A stretch of 64,000 nt of DNA. Origin: a virus. Below the pieces are notes generated by a model that worked only from the letters and a program-made list of their open reading frames with translations, had not been told where the DNA came from and did not search any database. The position numbers and the translations under genes were made by a program. Below are positions 1-9,492 of this stretch, one piece after another; position 1 is the first letter of the stretch, and each line of letters begins with the position of its first letter. Location of the stretch: the IMG/VR virus record IMGVR_UViG_3300028394_000040; one strand, 5' to 3'.

Positions 1-760
1 GTGTCTGCGTTGTTGTTAACGTAGGGGTAGAAGTAGGACTAGGGCTAGCACATTCCGGGTCTTGTGCCAAAGCACAGTAGTAAATATCGTTAGTTACATA
101 TATTAAGCCTGCTGAATAAAATATGTTTCCTACAAAGGTACCGCTTACATAAGCCTCGTAAATTAGGTTAGTATCTAATAATGCACTTCCAGTATAGTTA
201 GCTAAATTGTAACTACCTGTTCCGAATTTAGAATTTAAGTAAGGTACAATATCAAATAAGTTACCGTTACCATCATCAAGAATATAATACGATTTATCAT
301 CAGGCTCTATAGCAAAACTTTTTCTTGCTATTCCTTCCCCGAAATATACCTGTGGTACGGAAACTGCTACTACTTTTGCAGCTGATGCACTACTAAATAA
401 TCTATAGTTGTAATCTAAAGAGCCAGAAGTAGCAAAGGATTGATTATACGAATCGTAAATATTTGCTATCGAAACGCTAGAGCTATCTGTAGCATCAGCA
501 AGCATTCCATATGTCTGTGAAGATAATGGTTCGTAAACTGATTGTGAATAAGCTGATTGTGCGTAGTATAACTGGTAAGCTGAACGATAAAATAGAGATA
601 AAGTATTGTCACCACTTGCTGTTACCGCAAAGTTTTTAGCTATTTCTACAGCTAATCCACTCGCAGTAAATTCACTATCTGCTATCTTAAAAGATTTCTG
701 TAGCCCATAGGGCAATACAGATGTGTCGGAAATCTTTAAAGGTTTTACCGCAGAACTCAT
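1..760 (-). CDS. Virion structural protein, partial (runs off the window edge)
   Basis: Hand translation from ATG 760 gives MSSAVKPLKISDTSVLPYGLQKSF...SVPQVYFGEGIARKSFAIEP..., with no stop in the part translated. Similar in composition and position to the neighbouring structural genes. Absent from the ORF track, presumably because the stop lies outside the window. Confidence 0.7.
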   Translation of the reverse strand, partial: MSSAVKPLKISDTSVLPYGLQKSFKIADSEFTASGLAVEIAKNFAVTASGDNTLSLFYRSAYQLYYAQSAYSQSVYEPLSSQTYGMLADATDSSSVSIANIYDSYNQSFATSGSLDYNYRLFSSASAAKVVAVSVPQVYFGEGIARKSFAIEPDDKSYYILDDGNGNLFDIVPYLNSKFGTGSYNLANYTGSALLDTNLIYEAYVSGTFVGNIFYSAGLIYVTNDIYYCALAQDPECASPSPTSTPTLTTTQT

Positions 761-778
761 TCTCTATATAAGTTTATA

Positions 779-1822
779 TTACCAGTTTAGCTTAACCTGT
801 ATTAAAGCTTCTTTAGTAAAGTCTTTCACTAAAGGCTTTGATAATTTTGCTACAGCTAAAAGATCTCCTGCAGAATTATATAGTCCAACCGTTGTTATGT
901 ATGTTTGTGGGAAGTTAATTAACGATGAGTATAATAAAGCTCCACTACCGCTAATAATCGATGGATTTGTTGTATAGTTAAATGCTTGGTTAGGAACCCT
1001 TATAAATACATAATCTGATGATACTGTTTCTAGACTGTTTAATGAGAAAGAAGCAGAATAAGAAGTTGAACCAGATATTGCATTATAAAGAACTACGTTA
1101 TTGGGTGCTAATGTACCATTAGATTCAGTTACAGCTAAACTAATTCCTCCAGATGCAGGAGCTAATGATAATGCTCTAGGATTTAAAATGATTGTTCCAA
1201 TATCCGGTAGGTAAAGACCATAAGAACCTGAAGGTGTTTGTCCTTTAGTTGCAGTTGGTGCTGCTGTAGGACTTAGTAAAGTAGCAGTACCATTACTACC
1301 ACTTACTATAGTAAATGCTCTCCCACAATCTAAATAAGTTACTGTAGATACATCATTACTATTATCGGTTAACCAAAGTTGAGTTGAACCAGAAACCAAT
1401 CTTAAATTAAATGTTCCAGGAAAAAGGCTTTCTTTATAGTCAGATCTCTGTACGTTAATTACGTATATGTCTCTAGATGTTGTATTTCCTGTTCCGAAGT
1501 TAAAATTAGCATTTTCGTCGCCGTATACTAACGTTCTGTATTGACCGTAAACAGTTCTAGTAGGAGTACTACTAGTAACTAGTGAATTAAAAGCTGCTGA
1601 GCCCGAGCCAAATAAGTGACCGTAAGCTATGCTAAATTCTGGTGATACTGTTGATATTGTAGCAGCACTTGCGCTATTATATGCATTTAAGTAAAAACTA
1701 GGAGCTACAGACGAAGCTGAAACTATTTTAGTTAATGTAGGAGCACCAGTACTCCATGCAGGAGCGGTTACCGCATCACTACTAACTACTATATCTGTTG
1801 GTTGCAGTTGTAAAAAGCTCAT
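779..1822 (-). CDS. Putative tail/baseplate structural protein
   Basis: 347 aa, S/T/G-rich. C-terminal YITTVGLYNSAGDLLAVAKLSKPLVK resembles tail-collar/baseplate domains. Structural-module context. Confidence 0.6.
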   Translation of the reverse strand: MSFLQLQPTDIVVSSDAVTAPAWSTGAPTLTKIVSASSVAPSFYLNAYNSASAATISTVSPEFSIAYGHLFGSGSAAFNSLVTSSTPTRTVYGQYRTLVYGDENANFNFGTGNTTSRDIYVINVQRSDYKESLFPGTFNLRLVSGSTQLWLTDNSNDVSTVTYLDCGRAFTIVSGSNGTATLLSPTAAPTATKGQTPSGSYGLYLPDIGTIILNPRALSLAPASGGISLAVTESNGTLAPNNVVLYNAISGSTSYSASFSLNSLETVSSDYVFIRVPNQAFNYTTNPSIISGSGALLYSSLINFPQTYITTVGLYNSAGDLLAVAKLSKPLVKDFTKEALIQVKLNW

Positions 1823-1828
1823 TGTTTA

Positions 1829-2485
1829 TTACGATTGTTTTATAATTGTAACTGGAACTGTTACTCTTGCTCCAGAATCTCTTCCTATAATTGTTAAGTT
1901 CGTCTGTAACTGCGTATTAGCGCCGAATAAAGTATTTACAGTTGTGGCTGTTATATTAATTGTTGTACCTATTACTGTCTTACTTACAACAGTTCCAATA
2001 GTAGTTGTAGTATTAAGTGCAGTAGCTGCAGGAGTATTAACTCCTACACCAGAAAAGTTAGACATTGTTCTAACATCACCTATTGTAGCTATATAACCAC
2101 TTTGTTCAAAAGTAGAATTAACTCCTAAATAATTTAAAGTTTGAGGTGTTATAGCTAAAGAAGCTCCTTGTTTCAATGAGATAGAAGTATATCCGATATT
2201 TAATACAGGAAGTTTAGCTGTTCCTCTAGGTAAGGTAATTAACTTATATTTCATTATCTGCGTATCATCAGGAAACGCCTCTACTATTGGCATTGCCTCT
2301 ATAGCTTCTCCATAATATGCAGAGCCAGATGGATGATTAGGGTTATACAAAGTATAATCTATTTCATCATCAGATAAAGCAAACTGTGTAATTTGAAAAG
2401 AGCCGTCGTTTCTTGCAAGTAACTCTCTTCCTTTTTTAGTTAAAATTGCGTCTACTACGACAGATGTGTTATTTAAGTATCCCAT
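1829..2485 (-). CDS. Conserved virion structural protein
   Basis: 218 aa. N-terminus VDAILTKKGRELLA..ITQFALSDDEIDY resembles tail-collar/baseplate N-termini. Preceded by the TATTTATA motif. Confidence 0.6.
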   Translation of the reverse strand: MGYLNNTSVVVDAILTKKGRELLARNDGSFQITQFALSDDEIDYTLYNPNHPSGSAYYGEAIEAMPIVEAFPDDTQIMKYKLITLPRGTAKLPVLNIGYTSISLKQGASLAITPQTLNYLGVNSTFEQSGYIATIGDVRTMSNFSGVGVNTPAATALNTTTTIGTVVSKTVIGTTINITATTVNTLFGANTQLQTNLTIIGRDSGARVTVPVTIIKQS

Positions 2486-2504
2486 ACTTCTTATTTTATT
2501 CTAT

Positions 2505-2512
2505 TATAAATA
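2505..2512 (-). promoter_or_regulatory. Putative late promoter TATTTATA
   Basis: About 20 nt upstream of ATG 2485. The same TATTTATW motif recurs upstream of more than 10 genes in this window. Confidence 0.55.
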
Positions 2513-2520
2513 TATAAATT

Positions 2521-5500
2521 TTAAAAACTTCCTCCACCCAGTATGTTGTTATTGTTAGTTTCTCTAGATAAAAGTTTAGTTTGTACTTGAGCACTAATAA
2601 CGTTAATGTTTGCTAATACATCTGGGCTTAAGTTATCAGGTATCAAAAAGCCATATGATGTTTGACCATCTCTTTTATTAAAAGTTAAAATAGTGTTAGT
2701 TTCATCATCTACTTTCTTTAATAAAATAAACCTTTCTATCTTCTGAGTACCGTCTACAATTTGACTAGCTACAGTAGGAGCTACATCCAAACATAAAGAC
2801 CCTCCAGCACTGTGAGTTCCCGTAACTTCGTAAACATATTCTAAATTAGCCGAAGAAGATACTATTAGTAAGTCCCCTCCTTTTGGATTAAACGTATATT
2901 CAACATTACCGTATCTTCCATACAAGCTGGATTTTGGATTGCTTCCTATACCTTCTGGTAAAAATAAATACCCTGCAAAGCCGCTTAATTGTGGACTGAA
3001 ACAGAACTCGGAGGAGCCAGTGGAAGATATGTAAGGTTGGTTAGTAACAGGATTACCCCCTTGAGGACTAGATAATAATGTAGCTCCTGCGTTTATCGAT
3101 TCATATGTAGAACCGGAATTTATAGATGTTCTCTTTAAATAAAACTCTACCTTAGTTCCTGCAGATAATTGTTGAGGTGCCGCAGATACGTTTAATGAAA
3201 TAGAACCTGTTAACTGAGCTTGTGGTAAAGAAACTATTGCGAATGTATACTTCGTTCTAACACTTATAGGTAATGTACCTGACGTGTTATAATTTATTAT
3301 ATTCCAGTTGCCTGATTCGAATCCCATTCCGAAATCTAAAGCAGCATAATATGATCCGGTAATACCAAAAGCAGTATACTCAGGTGAGGAACCTTGTTCA
3401 CCTATATATACGTTGGCACTGTCTAGGTAAAATACTACAGGAGGACCATATGCTACAATATCTAATTGGTTTTCTGTTCCTACAGATATATACCCGGTTG
3501 TAAAAGAACCGGTAAATATTGAATAACCTGATCTGGAAGATACAACGTTATTAGATGATGTTATAAAAAATTCATACCCTACTCCACTTCCATTATCTGC
3601 GTTTACATTAAAAGATAAATTAGATAAGGAAAAACCGTATTGAGCAGTTTCTGGGACTATATAATAAGAAGATGTTGCAGCAGGAGCTGTGTATATACCT
3701 TCTACATAATTTAAACCTTCGTTATAATATAACTCTGCATTTCTAAATAAATCGTATACAATGTCTCCTTTAGCACTTCCTGTGTAATGATATAAGCTAG
3801 ATGTCCCAAACCTTGCTAAAGAACCACCATTAGATACTGCTTTGAACATATTATTTCTACTATCAGCTACGATATCAAAAGACATAGTAGCATCAGAGCT
3901 AGAATAATATAAAGTAGGAAAATATGAATAGCCGCTGTTAAAGGTAGCTTTTATTCCATCGGTAGTTTTTTGGTCGCTAAATTTTTGATTATCAAATAAC
4001 CTAATTGTAGCATTTCTACCCGCTTTAAAGGTGTTTTGAACCTCTTCCCAGTTTTTATTATCTCTATTAAGTTCAGTAAAGCTACCGCTTTCGTCTACTA
4101 AGTAAACTAGTGTAGTATCGTTTTGACCTTTAAAGAAGGAACTAGTAACAATTTGAGTAAACAATCCTAATTTTCTTGTATAATGTCCAATAGCAGATGT
4201 CTTACCGTAAGCCTTATTAATAGGAGTAATCGCATTATCTACTATACTGTACGTATTATATAGACTACTAGAGGTTTTAGAGCCTAAGTACCTGCTTGAA
4301 TTATGTCTAAAAGAAGTATAATCGGATTCTTGTATTTCAGCATTTAAAAAAGCAGATTGATAAGGAGTTAAGTTACCGAATATTCTACCCGTAATAAAAT
4401 TATTGTTTACTGGTTTGATTTGGTCTGAGCTATAATCTAAATTTAAAAACAGTGAAGATGTTCTACTCCCAGTAACGTTATTTCTTAAGTAGTTAAAAGA
4501 AGTAGTAATGTATTGTGATTCGGAATGATACTGCAACACCGTAGTGCTTAAATTAGATACCTCGTATTGAGGAAAATAATTAGAATGCTCTATAGTAGTA
4601 CCGCCGAATCTTCCTGTGAATACAGGGCTGTTATCAACATTGGATCTTGTAATATAGCCTAACGGTGATGTAACGTAAGCGGTAAAAGAAGAAGTCGGCA
4701 TTGACCCCATAGGGCCAGAACCGCTTATAGAACCTATATCTATGGATCCAGAATAAGTATGAAAAGTAAAAATAGGTTCATGTCGAACATATTTACTTCT
4801 TTCTAAGATATGAGGTTTAACTATTATACCTGTAGATAAATTTGCTCTAGAAGGAACAAAGTCCTTAATCATCTTGAACAAGGAATTATCATAGTACTTT
4901 ACTAACCTTACATAATCTTTTACGTTATAAGGAGCTGTGTATTTTTGAAAGTATGTATTTCTTAAAACATCTAAAGATGTGTAACTAGAACTATATGCGT
5001 ATGCAGGATCTCCAATGTAATCTCCTATATTAAAGGCTCCTAATTGATTTGTTATATCACTGTCGATATTATCGGTAGGTGAAAAAGCTACCTCTATATC
5101 TGTTGCGTTTCTAGTTATATTAGCATTACGCTTCTGTAAAGAAACATAAGGTGATAAAACGCTACCAGTAAATTCACTCTTAGAAGGAGTAAATACCTTA
5201 TTTGTTACTTTTTGATTTACCCCAGTTTGGGGAGTAGAAGTTAGTTGAAAGTCCTGAAAAGACTTATACTTAACAGGATTACCTGTATTATATAAAGCAT
5301 TACTTACTTCGGTACTCCCACTAATAAAAGATCCTATACTTCCTTCATATCTTCCTAGTTGATTTATAAAGAAAGAACCGGAAATAGATGGGTGTGCTGA
5401 AGATAGACTACCACTCGCATCTAATTCTAATCTAAATATTAAATTCTGTATAGAGCCTGTAGGTGTGTCTGCACCGTATGCTCTTGAATTTAATGTATGT

Positions 5501-5526
5501 AAATTAAATGCTCCTTCAGTTATCAT
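2521..5526 (-). CDS. Large virion structural protein (probable C-terminal half of a split baseplate/tail protein)
   Basis: 1001 aa, rich in SGS/TGS. The segment IKDFVPSRANLSTGIIVKPHILERSK is baseplate-like. Confidence 0.6.
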   Translation of the reverse strand: MITEGAFNLHTLNSRAYGADTPTGSIQNLIFRLELDASGSLSSAHPSISGSFFINQLGRYEGSIGSFISGSTEVSNALYNTGNPVKYKSFQDFQLTSTPQTGVNQKVTNKVFTPSKSEFTGSVLSPYVSLQKRNANITRNATDIEVAFSPTDNIDSDITNQLGAFNIGDYIGDPAYAYSSSYTSLDVLRNTYFQKYTAPYNVKDYVRLVKYYDNSLFKMIKDFVPSRANLSTGIIVKPHILERSKYVRHEPIFTFHTYSGSIDIGSISGSGPMGSMPTSSFTAYVTSPLGYITRSNVDNSPVFTGRFGGTTIEHSNYFPQYEVSNLSTTVLQYHSESQYITTSFNYLRNNVTGSRTSSLFLNLDYSSDQIKPVNNNFITGRIFGNLTPYQSAFLNAEIQESDYTSFRHNSSRYLGSKTSSSLYNTYSIVDNAITPINKAYGKTSAIGHYTRKLGLFTQIVTSSFFKGQNDTTLVYLVDESGSFTELNRDNKNWEEVQNTFKAGRNATIRLFDNQKFSDQKTTDGIKATFNSGYSYFPTLYYSSSDATMSFDIVADSRNNMFKAVSNGGSLARFGTSSLYHYTGSAKGDIVYDLFRNAELYYNEGLNYVEGIYTAPAATSSYYIVPETAQYGFSLSNLSFNVNADNGSGVGYEFFITSSNNVVSSRSGYSIFTGSFTTGYISVGTENQLDIVAYGPPVVFYLDSANVYIGEQGSSPEYTAFGITGSYYAALDFGMGFESGNWNIINYNTSGTLPISVRTKYTFAIVSLPQAQLTGSISLNVSAAPQQLSAGTKVEFYLKRTSINSGSTYESINAGATLLSSPQGGNPVTNQPYISSTGSSEFCFSPQLSGFAGYLFLPEGIGSNPKSSLYGRYGNVEYTFNPKGGDLLIVSSSANLEYVYEVTGTHSAGGSLCLDVAPTVASQIVDGTQKIERFILLKKVDDETNTILTFNKRDGQTSYGFLIPDNLSPDVLANINVISAQVQTKLLSRETNNNNILGGGSF

Positions 5527-5544
5527 TCTTTATTTTTACTTTAA

Positions 5545-5569
5545 AATAAATAGTTTACTAAAAACTATT
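5545..5569 (-). promoter_or_regulatory. Hairpin plus TATTTATT late-promoter motif in the 45-nt gap between two structural ORFs
   Basis: Minus strand reads AATAGTTT-TTAGT-AAACTATT (perfect 8-bp stem), overlapping TATTTATT about 19 nt before ATG 5526. Confidence 0.5.
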
Positions 5570-5571
5570 GA

Positions 5572-8028
5572 TTAATCATTAACCCAGTATCTAAATTCTT
5601 GAAACTGTCCTTGGAAGTTTACACCGTCAGCACATATTGTACTATTACTTCCGGTACCGCCTAAATATGCATTATACATAGCGGTATTACTAGCTGTACT
5701 AAATAACGTCCATGATTGGTTATAAGAAGGTTTATCTGTTGATGCTATGTAAATACTACTAGAAGCTTCAAAACCTAACTCTACTCCTCCTTCTTCGTTG
5801 TAAAGAGAACTTTTAGCGTAAACCCAATACCTGTTATTGTACGTATTTATAGAACCAGTAATGCTTCCAGTTTCTTTCAATAGCATTACATTCCAGAATA
5901 AATTAGGATTATAAAAAGGTAAAAAGATAGGTGCCGATACTTTATATCCGTAAGCCCCGCTTAAATACAATGACATAGAACCGTAGTAGTTGTATATACT
6001 ACCACTTATAGCATTATCAGGATTATAATTTAAACCTAATCCAAACTGCATAAAACTGCCGGTACCTACCTGAAATAGTGATTGCGACTGGTATAAAGAA
6101 GATGTCGGTACACCATCGCTTTTGAATCTAAATTCTATAGCATCAGGTACCATCGGTATAGTTGGGTATAGTAAACTATGGTAGTAACTAGGAGCCCAAG
6201 GTATCTTAATACAGTTACCAGGACTGTTTACATAAGCACCGGTGTAGATGTCTTCTTTGTAATCTCCTACAGTAGATGTTGAGTCTACCCCACCGAATTC
6301 GTTTATCTTTAAGATTGTATCAGGTATACCAAAGCAATTAATCAGCGCACGGAGACCCCTTTCAGTCCCTTTTGTCTTAAGTAGATAAGGTAGGTTGTGG
6401 TATAGTCTTTTATAGTACTCTAACGTTATGTCTTCTGCCGGTAACGAAACTATAGAGGATGTTACGTAACTAGATATTTTTTCAGAGCCTGTTGGCGGTA
6501 AAGTACCTCCATAAGGATTAATACCTAACATCGAATAATAAACACTATCCGAAATATTAGAGTTAGTATAAAGATTTATACCAAGAGACCTTAGAGCATC
6601 AGCTACTAAGTCTTTAGAAATACCTTCACTAACGCTATTCTCTGCATTATTCTTTTCAGTAACATCTTTATAATATATCCAAATATTATCAAAATGCTGT
6701 CCAACCATATTTAAAAAAGTAAAATATGGGGCATTAGCTTCGTCGTCTTTTAAATAATTTGGTATAGTGTTTGAAAACAGATCAGGATTAAGCTCATCAT
6801 ATAATGATGCAGAATAATACATACTGTGAGTTGTCGCAGTAGGTTCTATATTAATACCTCCTAGCCAATTAGATGCTTGAGAAGAAGTTACTGAATAGAG
6901 GTTGTAAGGCTTTAAGGAAGTACTTTTAGGCCAAGTAGTTGAACCGCTTTGGTAATATAGGTAATATTCATAACCGTCGAACTTTTCAATTATGTTATTT
7001 ATTTTATTCTGTAGTATATAAGAAGTATTAGCAGAAATACCTGTACCTGTTTGTACTATGTTAGATGATGCAGAGATGTCTGCTTGGTAGTTTTCAATTA
7101 AACCTAACTTATATACAAAATTACCTACTCTTTCTAAAGCAGAAGAAAAATGACTAAAACTGTTAAAATTAGAATAATCTACATTAATATCTAAACCTTT
7201 CTCATCCATCATGCTTTTCAGCTGCTGGTATGATGAGGTCATTGCTGATGATATTAAAGATTCATAATTGTAAAAAGGTGTTACCTGATTAATTGCCTTA
7301 TTAATTTCTACATTATAATTAGGACCTCTTAAGTAAGTCTTATCTAATGATTCGGAAGATGTTAATTCGATAGTAACGTTAAAAGAAGCTGGTTCGCTTA
7401 TTTTATCTACTACCCAAAAAGTATCTTTAAGTTTTATAGTAGTCGGTAACGGCTCGTATAGTTTAAATAAAATACTAGCTTGTGGTTCAGTAGCAGCGTA
7501 AAGAACGTTTACACCTATTATAGTTACGTTATTACCAAAATTTAAAATGAAATCAGGGTAATAAGCTTTCTCGTTTATATAAGTCTGATATTCAAGAAAA
7601 GCTGTCTGTAACTGAGCGTTAGATAAATCTTGTCTGAAAACTCTTATCTCTGTTCTATCAGATGATATCTCACCTATCCAGAATTTATCCGTATAGCTGC
7701 TAGTAAATAACTGTCGGAAAAAATTATATGTTATTGACGCCTCTCCTCTATCTATACCGTTAGATTTAATATCACCTTCGGGATTTAAATTAACAAACGT
7801 ATAAGAATCGGATGTAGGATTTACTCCTGTAGGTGTGAAATCGCGAACAAAGTAATTAGAGGCGATTAACTCGTCATTAAGGTCGTAAATAAAGTACTCT
7901 ACATAATCTCCGGGAAAAGATCCAAAAGGAACTTGTATTTCCCTTTTAGAAATTAGGGAGGTGTCTTTATAAGAATATTCTTGATATTCATTAGGTGAAC
8001 CAATATACTCTATTTTTACTTCCTCCAT
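5572..8028 (-). CDS. Large virion structural protein (baseplate wedge-like, N-terminal half)
   Basis: 818 aa. YKRLYHNLPYLLKTKGTERGLRALINCFG resembles the P2 gpI/T4 gp7-type baseplate motif (KGT..gl..l). Ends at FQEFRYWVND, apparently within a LamG-like beta-domain. Confidence 0.65.
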   Translation of the reverse strand: MEEVKIEYIGSPNEYQEYSYKDTSLISKREIQVPFGSFPGDYVEYFIYDLNDELIASNYFVRDFTPTGVNPTSDSYTFVNLNPEGDIKSNGIDRGEASITYNFFRQLFTSSYTDKFWIGEISSDRTEIRVFRQDLSNAQLQTAFLEYQTYINEKAYYPDFILNFGNNVTIIGVNVLYAATEPQASILFKLYEPLPTTIKLKDTFWVVDKISEPASFNVTIELTSSESLDKTYLRGPNYNVEINKAINQVTPFYNYESLISSAMTSSYQQLKSMMDEKGLDINVDYSNFNSFSHFSSALERVGNFVYKLGLIENYQADISASSNIVQTGTGISANTSYILQNKINNIIEKFDGYEYYLYYQSGSTTWPKSTSLKPYNLYSVTSSQASNWLGGINIEPTATTHSMYYSASLYDELNPDLFSNTIPNYLKDDEANAPYFTFLNMVGQHFDNIWIYYKDVTEKNNAENSVSEGISKDLVADALRSLGINLYTNSNISDSVYYSMLGINPYGGTLPPTGSEKISSYVTSSIVSLPAEDITLEYYKRLYHNLPYLLKTKGTERGLRALINCFGIPDTILKINEFGGVDSTSTVGDYKEDIYTGAYVNSPGNCIKIPWAPSYYHSLLYPTIPMVPDAIEFRFKSDGVPTSSLYQSQSLFQVGTGSFMQFGLGLNYNPDNAISGSIYNYYGSMSLYLSGAYGYKVSAPIFLPFYNPNLFWNVMLLKETGSITGSINTYNNRYWVYAKSSLYNEEGGVELGFEASSSIYIASTDKPSYNQSWTLFSTASNTAMYNAYLGGTGSNSTICADGVNFQGQFQEFRYWVND

Positions 8029-8363
8029 TATGTTAATTTACTAATATCAATTACGTTCTTATTAGCTTCAAGCAACTGCTGTCTTAAGCTGTTAATCTCA
8101 TCAATTAAAGCTTTCTCATTATCACTTAATACACTACCGCCAATATAGTCAGAACTTCTCCTAACTAAGTACTCATGCGAATTAAAAGTTCCTTCTATGG
8201 GTATCTCGAAAAATAAATCTTCATATAAAGTAAAAAACTGCTCTACATTAAAGCTTTGTGAGATAGGAGTAGCAGGAGATACTAACTGAGAAAAAGTAGT
8301 ATCAACAACGTTTTTATACGTGTTTGTTCCGTAAACTTGTTTGGCTAAACCTATAGTTTCCAT
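8028..8363 (-). CDS. Hypothetical protein (structural module)
   Basis: 111 aa ORF translationally coupled to its neighbours. Confidence 0.6.
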   Translation of the reverse strand: METIGLAKQVYGTNTYKNVVDTTFSQLVSPATPISQSFNVEQFFTLYEDLFFEIPIEGTFNSHEYLVRRSSDYIGGSVLSDNEKALIDEINSLRQQLLEANKNVIDISKLT

Positions 8364-8364
8364 A

Positions 8365-9483
8365 CTAGCGAGTTACTTTAAATATTATATCGTTATCTAC
8401 AATAACAGTTTCAGATGAACTAGGGATAACAGATTTAACTAATATCTTATAAGAACGTTCTGGTTCTAGGCCTGCTGTATACAACTTAAAGTAATTACCT
8501 TCTGAATTAGCACTAATTTTTGTATAACTGTTATCAAAATCTATTACCATTTCATTAGTTTTGTAATCTTGGATAGCCCAGTAAGACTGGGATGGGAGAT
8601 ACTTCCAATTCAAGTAAACAGATGAAGTTGTAAATTGTCTAGTAGGATACTGCTCTCTAGTCTTAAATTTGAAGTTATACACTTCTCCTTCCTTATACCT
8701 GTCTAAGTTGTTGTTAGCAAGTAAAATAAAATTATCAGAAGTAACTGTACCCACTGTAGTACTTCCAGTACTTAAAATGCTATCATCCCATTTAAACTCT
8801 AAACAAGGAGGATATATTGTATGGGTATCCATAGAGTAAAACTTAAGATTCATATACGTTTGAGTGTTTAACTCAATAGAACCTGTAAGCTTAACTACTA
8901 CTCCATAATTTGCAATAGAACTGGAAATCCATCCTGCAGTTATATTTGTAATATCAACGTTTATATCCTTGTCGCTTATGTAATTAAAGCTTTGGGTAGC
9001 CCTATAGGCTGCATTCCATGTTCCTCCTCCTGTAGTGAATAAGTAACTACTACTTAAAGCGGTAGTGTTCCAAATAGCTGAAGAGCCTGATTGTCCTGTA
9101 TATACCCAACTCACGCCGTCTGATGTGGTAGGAACATTACCTAGTTTACCTGTGCCGACTTGCCAGTTTTGCGCTAAAGCATAAAATTCTAGCGTATAAT
9201 CAGTAGATAAATCGTTTGCATCAGCTAAAAATAATCTTAAATTAGTCTTAAAGCTTCCTGTAGTTAATGCCAATGCCGTTGATATATCTGAAGCATCAAA
9301 AGAGATTACAGTTCTTCTAATATCACCCGACCCTAAACCTGTAGTAGTTATTACAGGTAAACCAGCTAAACTAGGATTATTTCTACTTCCTACCTCTAAA
9401 ATTTCATCTCTTCCAGCATTAGTGAGAGAGTATTTAGAATAAAGAGTAGAATCTTGAAGAGGAAAAACTTTATATACTGCCAT
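8365..9483 (-). CDS. Structural protein with DNRLRE/CBM96-like domain
   Basis: DSTLYS..NAGRDEILEV..RRTVISFD..NYGVVVK..FYSMD..PCLEFKW follows the pattern of DNRLRE-type domains. Confidence 0.5.
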   Translation of the reverse strand: MAVYKVFPLQDSTLYSKYSLTNAGRDEILEVGSRNNPSLAGLPVITTTGLGSGDIRRTVISFDASDISTALALTTGSFKTNLRLFLADANDLSTDYTLEFYALAQNWQVGTGKLGNVPTTSDGVSWVYTGQSGSSAIWNTTALSSSYLFTTGGGTWNAAYRATQSFNYISDKDINVDITNITAGWISSSIANYGVVVKLTGSIELNTQTYMNLKFYSMDTHTIYPPCLEFKWDDSILSTGSTTVGTVTSDNFILLANNNLDRYKEGEVYNFKFKTREQYPTRQFTTSSVYLNWKYLPSQSYWAIQDYKTNEMVIDFDNSYTKISANSEGNYFKLYTAGLEPERSYKILVKSVIPSSSETVIVDNDIIFKVTR

Positions 9484-9492
9484 ATTAATATT

